Source: an uncultured Candidatus Saccharibacteria bacterium
GTDB taxonomy: Bacteria; Patescibacteriota; Minisyncoccia; Phycocordibacterales; SBAW01
Assembly: GCA_964650645.1 (NCBI GenBank)
Contig: CAZYUH010000001.1
Span: 153,873 to 217,872 of the forward strand
DNA: 64,000 nt
Reading direction: 5' to 3'
Below, one piece after another: positions 57,821 through 64,000 of this stretch (the stretch's first letter is position 1; every line of letters begins with the position of its first letter). Made by a program: the position numbers and the translations under genes. The notes beneath the pieces are model-generated. The model was not told where the DNA came from, made no database searches, and saw nothing but the letters and a program-made list of their open reading frames with translations.

Positions 57821-58924
57821 TTAGCGGTCTATCGTGAAGGTGCCGCTGGTGTCGCTGTCGAGGACGTCGCCGCCGTTGAAGCCGTTCCCTTCTACGAGGC
57901 TCGCCTTTACGTAGTAGTCGCCGTCGAGGTCGTAGCCGCACAGCCCGTTGGGGAACTGCTGGGTGCAGAAGGCGCGGCGCACGGGGACGCGCCAGCTGTA
58001 GCTGCCATCCTCATCGTCCGAAACGGCTATGGTCCCGACGCGGTCGCCGTCCTCTTCGTAGAGCTCGAGCACGACCGAAGCGTTGCGCGGCGCGTCCTCG
58101 CTGTCCCAGGAAATCCTGAGGGTATCCCCCTGCTCCACGTCGTCGCCGGAGGAAGGGCGGGTCACTTCTATGGAAGCATCGTCGTTGTCGTTGGCGTCGT
58201 CGTCCGTTTCAGTGACGCGGAACGCGGCGTCGCGCGCGCCGATGTCCCTGACCTCGATGTTCCAGCCGCGGAAGTCCACGTCATCGCCGTCTTCGAGCGT
58301 ATACGTCTGCGACGGCGCGTAGAAGCAGTACGTGCCGCGCGCGCAGCCCTCGGTTACCGTTATGCGCACCGCCTCGGGCTCCTGGCTGTAGTAATAGCCG
58401 TAGCCGTACTGGCGGGTCACTATCTGCGCCAGGGTGATGGTGAGGTTCTCGTTGCGCAATTCGCCCGTCTCACCGACCTTGAGCGAGAAGTCGCGGTCGA
58501 GGCGGAAAGTGACCCTGCCGCCGTTCGGATTCGGGTACGGAGTATAGCCGCCGCACGCACGCTGTATAGCCTGGCGGGTCAACGGGCCCACGCCGCCGGT
58601 TACCGGGTACACGCCCTGCTCCTGCTGGAAGCGGGACACGTAGTAGGTCGTGAGCTGGCCGTAGTAGCCGCCTACAAGGCGCGCGTCGCCGTAGCGGGCG
58701 CGCAGGAACGCCTGCAACTGGGACACCTGGCCGCCGGTGGAGTAATCGGTCAACCCTATGGTGAGGTTATAGGAAAGCGCCGGGCACGAGCCGTACTGGG
58801 GCTGGGGGTACTGCTGGGGATAGTAGTAGCTCTGGCTGAATGTCTGGGCCATTGCCGGAGCTGCGGCAAAAAGCCCGCAGAGCGCGAGAATGCCGGCACA
58901 AAAAGCATTGATGCGGGTAGTCAT
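57821..58924 (-). CDS. Secreted protein with peptidoglycan-binding (PG_binding_1-like) domain
   Basis: Signal peptide AGILALCGLFAAAPAMA. LTIGLTDYSTGGQVSQLQAFLRARYG ... GQLTTYYVSRFQQEQGVYPVTGGVGPLTRQAIQ. Acidic C-terminal region. Confidence 0.45.
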   Translation of the reverse strand: MTTRINAFCAGILALCGLFAAAPAMAQTFSQSYYYPQQYPQPQYGSCPALSYNLTIGLTDYSTGGQVSQLQAFLRARYGDARLVGGYYGQLTTYYVSRFQQEQGVYPVTGGVGPLTRQAIQRACGGYTPYPNPNGGRVTFRLDRDFSLKVGETGELRNENLTITLAQIVTRQYGYGYYYSQEPEAVRITVTEGCARGTYCFYAPSQTYTLEDGDDVDFRGWNIEVRDIGARDAAFRVTETDDDANDNDDASIEVTRPSSGDDVEQGDTLRISWDSEDAPRNASVVLELYEEDGDRVGTIAVSDDEDGSYSWRVPVRRAFCTQQFPNGLCGYDLDGDYYVKASLVEGNGFNGGDVLDSDTSGTFTIDR

Positions 58925-59088
58925 AGCGAATGAGTATGTTAAATGGCCCCTTAATTCGACGCGCTTACAGTACCACAAGACGGCCGGGAGGCAACCTTGT
59001 TACAGGTGCCGGGACCGTCCGGCCCCTGGCGCAAAAAGCGCCGCTCCGGATGCCGGAGCGGCGCTTTCGGTACCCGCATTGCGGAGGC

Positions 59089-61236
59089 TTACTTGCGGGA
59101 CGCGACGATGGTCGCGGCAACCTGCGGAGGCACGACCTCGTAGTGGTCGAACTCCATGGTGAAGCTCGCGCGGCCCTCGCTCATGGAGCGCAGGGCAGTC
59201 GTGTAGCCGAACATCTCCGAGAGCGGCACCTTGGCCTTGATGACACGGGCGAGGCCGCGCTCCTCCATGCCCTCTATCTGGCCGCGCTTGGAGTTGAGGC
59301 TGCCGGTAACGTCGCCCATGAACTTGTCGGGGGTTACAACCTCGACCTTCATGATGGGCTCGAGCAATACCGCCTTGGCCTTCTCGGCCGCTGCCTGGAA
59401 GCCCATGGACGCCGCGATTTTGAACGCGATTTCCGAGGAGTCCACGTCGTGGTAGGAGCCGTCGTACAGCTCGACCGAGATGTCCACCATCTTGAAGCCG
59501 GCAACGAAGCCGCGCTCCATCGCCTCGCGCACGCCGTCCTCGACGGGGCCGATGAACTCGTTGGGCACGACGCCGCCCTTGATGTTGTTTATGAACTCGA
59601 AATGGTCCTCGCGCGTGACGTTCTTGGCCTGCTTCTTGTCCTCGTCGACGGCCTCAAGCGGCTTGATGCGCAGGCGCACGTGGCCGTACTGGCCCTTGCC
59701 GCCCGTCTGCTTGATGTACTTGCCCTCTGCCTCTGCCATGGCCTGGATGGTCTCGCGGTACGCCACCTGCGGCTTGCCGGTATTGGCCTCGACGCCGAAC
59801 TCGCGCTTCATGCGGTCAACCAAAATCTCCAAGTGCAGTTCGCCCATGCCCGATATGAGCGTCTCGTTGGTCTCGGTGTCGGTGGTGACGCGGAAGGTCG
59901 GGTCCTCGTCGGAGAGCTTCCTCATGGCGATGCCCATCTTCTCCTGGTCGGCCTTGGTCTTAGGCTCGATGCGCATGGAAATGACCGGCTCGGGGATGAT
60001 GATGCCTTCAAGGACGACGGGGTTCGCCTCCTCGCAGAGCGTGTGGCCGGTCTTTGCGGACTTCAGGCCCACCGCCGCGGCAATCTCGCCGGCGAACACC
60101 TTCTTCACCTCCTCGCGCTTGTCGGCCTGGAGGCGCACTATGCGGCCCAGGCGCTCTTTCTCGCCGGTCGAGGAGTTGATGATGTAGGAGCCGGCCTCGA
60201 CGGTGCCCGAGTACACGCGGAAGAACGTCAGCTGGCCCACGAACGGGTCGGCCTGGAGCTTGAACGCGAGCGCGGAGAACGGCTCGTCGTCGGCGGCGTG
60301 GCGCTCGCGCGGCTCGCCGGTCTTGGGGTCGGTGCCGGTGACCGGCGGAAGGTCCAAGGGCGACGGGAGATAGTCGACGACCGCGTCAAGCACCAGCTGG
60401 ACGCCGCGGTTCTTGAGCGACGAGCCGGCGTAGACCGGGAATATCTTATTGTCGATGACCGCGCGGCGCAGGACGCGCTTGAGGTCCTCGAGCGACGGCT
60501 CTGTCCCGTCGAGGTACGCGGTCATCAGGGCGTCGTCGTTCTCGACGATCTTCTCGACGAGCTCGGCGCGGAACTTCTTGGCGTCCTCCATCATGCCCTC
60601 AGGGACGTCGTAGGTCGAGACCAGCTCGCCCATGGAGCCGTCGAACTTGTAAGCCTTCATGGTAAGGAGGTCGACCAGGCCGTCGAACTCGGACTCGGCG
60701 CCGATGGGGAGCTGCATGCGCACCGCGCGCGGGCTCAGGCGGTCGATGATGGACGCGAACGACTTCTCGAAGCTGGCGCCCATGCGGTCCATCTTGTTTA
60801 TGAAGCACAGGCGCGGGACGCTCGCCTCGTCGGCGTAGCGCCAGTTGGTCTCGGACTGCGACTCGACGCCCGCCACGCCGTCGAAGACGCATACGGCGCC
60901 GTCAAGGACGCGCAGGGAGCGCTTCACCTCGACGGTGAAGTCGATGTGGCCCGGCGTGTCGATGACGTTGAAGCGGTACTTCTTGGAGGCGTCCTTCTTA
61001 TCCTCCTCGTCGGTCTTGCTCCAGAAGCAGGTGATGGCGGCCGCGGTAATGGTGATGCCGCGCTCGCGCTCCTGCTCCATCCAGTCGGTGGTGGCCTCGC
61101 CCTCGTGCACCTCGCCTATCTTGTGCTGGCTGCCGGTGTAATAGAGGATGCGCTCCGAAGTGGTGGTCTTGCCGGCGTCGATGTGGGCGATGATGCCGAA
61201 GTTGCGGATCTTCTCGAGTGGATAGTCGCGATTCAT
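59089..61236 (-). CDS. fusA: Elongation factor G
   Basis: AHIDAGKTTTSERILYYTG ... canonical EF-G (715 aa). ORF 59089..61890 trimmed to MNRDYPLEKIRNFGI. Confidence 0.95.
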   Translation of the reverse strand: MNRDYPLEKIRNFGIIAHIDAGKTTTSERILYYTGSQHKIGEVHEGEATTDWMEQERERGITITAAAITCFWSKTDEEDKKDASKKYRFNVIDTPGHIDFTVEVKRSLRVLDGAVCVFDGVAGVESQSETNWRYADEASVPRLCFINKMDRMGASFEKSFASIIDRLSPRAVRMQLPIGAESEFDGLVDLLTMKAYKFDGSMGELVSTYDVPEGMMEDAKKFRAELVEKIVENDDALMTAYLDGTEPSLEDLKRVLRRAVIDNKIFPVYAGSSLKNRGVQLVLDAVVDYLPSPLDLPPVTGTDPKTGEPRERHAADDEPFSALAFKLQADPFVGQLTFFRVYSGTVEAGSYIINSSTGEKERLGRIVRLQADKREEVKKVFAGEIAAAVGLKSAKTGHTLCEEANPVVLEGIIIPEPVISMRIEPKTKADQEKMGIAMRKLSDEDPTFRVTTDTETNETLISGMGELHLEILVDRMKREFGVEANTGKPQVAYRETIQAMAEAEGKYIKQTGGKGQYGHVRLRIKPLEAVDEDKKQAKNVTREDHFEFINNIKGGVVPNEFIGPVEDGVREAMERGFVAGFKMVDISVELYDGSYHDVDSSEIAFKIAASMGFQAAAEKAKAVLLEPIMKVEVVTPDKFMGDVTGSLNSKRGQIEGMEERGLARVIKAKVPLSEMFGYTTALRSMSEGRASFTMEFDHYEVVPPQVAATIVASRK

Positions 61237-61304
61237 AATGATATGGAGTAAATAAAAGCCGCCTGAGGCGTTACGGCTATAGTAGTTCAATCGGGGCAAA
61301 AAGC

Positions 61305-61340
61305 AAAGGGCGGGCGCTTCAGCGCCCGCCCCTCTTTTCC
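61305..61340. terminator. Bidirectional intrinsic terminator
   Basis: AAAGGGCGGGCGCTTCAGCGCCCGCCCCTCTTTTCC. Confidence 0.55.
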
Positions 61341-61546
61341 AAGCGAGCCTTCCCTGCCGCGGCCCGCTTAAGCTCGCGCTCTTCCCACTCGGCGTACGGG
61401 CGCAGGTGCGGGGGCTCGAACCCCTGCGACCGCATGCTGCGGTCGCTCGCATAGTCGGCCGCCGCCCACCCCGGCGGGCACGGGTCGCTCGGATCGAGCG
61501 GCGCCCGCGGGTCGATATAAGGATCGAACTTGTAGCCCACTCGCGC
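61319..61546 (-). CDS. Small hypothetical protein (75 aa, GTG start)
   Basis: RBS AAAGGAGG 5 nt upstream of GTG; VGYKFDPYIDPRAPLDPSDP... Stop lies in the terminator loop. Speculative. Confidence 0.3.
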   Translation of the reverse strand, partial: ARVGYKFDPYIDPRAPLDPSDPCPPGWAAADYASDRSMRSQGFEPPHLRPYAEWEERELKRAAAGKARLEKRGGR

Positions 61547-61603
61547 CTCCTTTCCTTCCTTCTGAAAGTATAAGGCCGCGGATTTTTGAAGTACACTGCC
61601 CCT

Positions 61604-62050
61604 ATGGATAACGTGACCGAGCCGTACTTCGAGTGCTGCCATTGCTCCCTGGAGGTGCGCCCGAGCGGGGCGATGGGAAGCGCGCACCGCAACCACTGCA
61701 CGCACTGCCTGTGGTCAAAGCACGTCGACACCGCGCCCGGCGACCGCGCCTCGTCCTGCGGCGGCTGCATGGAGCCCGTGGGCGTGACGCTCAAGCGCGA
61801 GGGCGCTGACAAGTACGGGCGCGAGAGGCTCGGCGACGTGATGCTCGCGCACCGGTGCGCGGGGTGCGGGCTCGTGAACATAAACCGCATCGCGGCCGAC
61901 GACCCGGAAGACCTGGTACTGGGCGCATTCGAAAAGTCCCTCGCCCTGCCCCAAGAAGCCCTGGACGAACTCGCTAAACTCGATATCGCCCTGTTAGGCG
62001 CGGATGAAAAGCCGCTCCTAATGGAGCGGCTGTTCGGGAAGCCTTTTTAG
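61604..62050 (+). CDS. RNHCP-domain protein (opposite strand, between fusA and rpsG)
   Basis: CCHCSLEV ... HRNHCTHCLWSKHVD ... CGGC ... HRCAGCG matches the RNHCP zinc-ribbon-like domain signature. Confidence 0.5.
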   Translation: MDNVTEPYFECCHCSLEVRPSGAMGSAHRNHCTHCLWSKHVDTAPGDRASSCGGCMEPVGVTLKREGADKYGRERLGDVMLAHRCAGCGLVNINRIAADDPEDLVLGAFEKSLALPQEALDELAKLDIALLGADEKPLLMERLFGKPF

Positions 62051-62054
62051 CGGA

Positions 62055-62525
<471 letters not shown>

Positions 62526-62550
62526 ATGGGTGGATTACAAAAAATACTGC

Positions 62551-62958
62551 TTATTTGGGGCGCTTGGCGCCGTACTTGGAGCGCGAGCGGCGGCGCTTGT
62601 CGAGGCCGGCGGCGTCGAGCTTGCCGCGCACGACCTGGTAGCGGACGTTGATGTCCTTCACGCGGCCGGCGCGCACGACGACGACCGAGTGCTCCTGGAG
62701 GTTGTGGCCCTCGCCCGGGATGTAGGCGGTGATCTCCTGGCCGTTGGTGAGGCGCACGCGGGCGATCTTGCGGATAGCGGAGTTAGGCTTGCGGGGGGTC
62801 GTAGTGGTCACCTTGGTGCAGACGCCGCGCTTGAAGGGCGAGGGGTAGAAGACCGGCTTGTTCTTGAGCACGTTGAAGCCGCGGCCCAGCGCCGGCGACT
62901 TGGTCTTGCTGACGGGGGCCTTGCGGCCCTTGCGTACGAGTTGTGAGAGGCGTGCCAT
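62551..62958 (-). CDS. rpsL: 30S ribosomal protein S12
   Basis: Canonical S12 (135 aa); PNSAIRK motif. Confidence 0.9.
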   Translation of the reverse strand: MARLSQLVRKGRKAPVSKTKSPALGRGFNVLKNKPVFYPSPFKRGVCTKVTTTTPRKPNSAIRKIARVRLTNGQEITAYIPGEGHNLQEHSVVVVRAGRVKDINVRYQVVRGKLDAAGLDKRRRSRSKYGAKRPK

Positions 62959-63030
62959 CGGTTCTTCTTTTTATTCCAATTGCCCCGCGGGCAATTAAAA
63001 ACGCCCTTTCGGCGTTAGGGACACTCTACT

Positions 63031-63669
63031 CTATGCCGCGACGCCTGTCAAAAGGCCGAACAGGCGAAGCAGGGCGGCGCCGAACAAGGGCGACAGGAAG
63101 TAGAAGATCATCAGTATGAGGAGCGTGCCCGATAGGATGCCGAGGCGCTCGAAGTTGAGGCGGAACGTGTCGTAGCCGCGGGCCAGGCCGGGCGAGACGG
63201 CCAGGAACAGCGAGGAGAGCACCTTCGAGCCGTCCAAGGGCGGTATCGGGATGAGGTTGAAGAGCGCCAAAAGCATGTTGACGTAGGCTATCGTGCCGAA
63301 CGCGGTGAGCATCGTAGTATCGAGCTGCATTCCAAAGAGGCGTATGCAGAGCCCGAATATGAGCGCCAGCACGATATTGACCCCGGGGCCGGCGAAGGCC
63401 ACCAGGCCCTCGGCGTACTTGCCGCGCAGGTTGTAGGGATTGTAGGGCACCGGCTTTGCGTAGCCGATGAGCATCGGCGAATGGGTGACGACCAGCACCG
63501 CCGGCAGCAGCAGCGACCCCACCGGGTCTATGTGCTTTACGGGGTTGAGCGTCAGCCGGCCCATGAGGCGCGCGGTGGGGTCGCCCAGCCAGTTGGCCAT
63601 ATAGCCGTGCGCCACTTCGTGGAGGATGACCGAGACCGCCAGGACCGCTATGCCGAAGATGATATCCAT
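63031..63669 (-). CDS. Peptidase M50 (site-2 protease-like) membrane metalloprotease
   Basis: MDIIFGIAVLAVSVILHEVAHGYMA carries HExxH in TM1. Multiple TM helices. ORF trimmed from 63933. Confidence 0.55.
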   Translation of the reverse strand: MDIIFGIAVLAVSVILHEVAHGYMANWLGDPTARLMGRLTLNPVKHIDPVGSLLLPAVLVVTHSPMLIGYAKPVPYNPYNLRGKYAEGLVAFAGPGVNIVLALIFGLCIRLFGMQLDTTMLTAFGTIAYVNMLLALFNLIPIPPLDGSKVLSSLFLAVSPGLARGYDTFRLNFERLGILSGTLLILMIFYFLSPLFGAALLRLFGLLTGVAA

Positions 63670-63733
63670 ACGCTTGCCTTTACAGTGAATCATGATAGCA
63701 TATGGCCATCTGAGGAACCGCCTCAGTTTTTCT

Positions 63734-63979
63734 ATGGCAAAAACCTGCGCGATAACCGGAAAGGGCTCGAAGATGGCTGGAAAGTACTCCAACCGTATTC
63801 GCGCTACCAAATTCAACCCCTCGGGCATGCGCCGCAAGCAGGTCAACCTCCAGAAGAAGCGCATCTTCGTCCCCGAGCTCAACAAGACCGTCACCGTCAC
63901 CGTCTCGACCCAGGGCCTGCGCACCATCACCAAGAACGGCGCCTACAAGACGCTGAAGAAGGCCGGCCTTATCGACTAA
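63734..63979 (+). CDS. rpmB: 50S ribosomal protein L28
   Basis: MAKTCAITGKGSKMAGKYSNRIRATKF...; 81 aa. Confidence 0.8.
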   Translation: MAKTCAITGKGSKMAGKYSNRIRATKFNPSGMRRKQVNLQKKRIFVPELNKTVTVTVSTQGLRTITKNGAYKTLKKAGLID

Positions 63980-64000
63980 TCCAAAAAGCAAACCCCGCCG

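Noticed and set aside
58930-61251. 773-aa + strand ORF and the 933-aa extended minus ORF (59089..61890)
   Set aside because: The + ORF is antisense to fusA. The fusA N-terminal extension is R-rich junk; the true start is MNRDYPLEK at 61236.

Overview
High-GC (~65-70%) bacterial window. The gene content suggests a small-genome CPR/Parcubacteria-like organism: there is no rpmD (L30) between rpsE and rplO, and an ECF sigma factor is paired with a DUF5667-like anti-sigma factor. The last ~25 kb is the str/S10/spc ribosomal superoperon on the minus strand (rpsL-rpsG-fusA-tuf-rpsJ-rplCDWB-rpsS-rplV-rpsC-rplP-rpmC-rpsQ-rplNXE-rpsZ-rpsH-rplFR-rpsE-rplO-secY-adk-map), but it is broken by five insertions of small hypothetical, membrane or secreted genes, two of them on the opposite strand. 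Other housekeeping genes include recG, ftsH, smpB with an adjacent tmRNA (ssrA), purB, infC-rpmI-rplT, ndk, gmk, a malic enzyme and a pyrD/pyrC-like pair. The most striking feature is a family of four ~100-130 nt structured elements (A-D). Each sits immediately downstream of a tRNA or tmRNA gene and its terminator: tRNA-Ser(GCT), tRNA-Ile(UAU), and twice after ssrA. Each ends in or next to a direct repeat of the 3' end of that RNA gene, and the elements share a conserved core while their two hairpin stems differ by compensatory substitutions around a conserved loop. Two of them border low-GC cargo islands that are flanked by att-like direct repeats and encode no integrase. The tRNA-Ser island carries a Shedu-like (DUF4263) PD-(D/E)xK nuclease plus a membrane-anchored partner. 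The ssrA island carries an 804-aa protein with a NERD-like PD-(D/E)xK motif. I read this as a candidate integrase-less, tRNA/tmRNA-targeting mobile or satellite element family carrying defence-type nucleases. Other notable items are a perfect 741-bp tandem duplication inside a 1478-aa secreted DUF4082/Ig/Fn3 protein gene, and an unusual tRNA-Ile with anticodon UAU.
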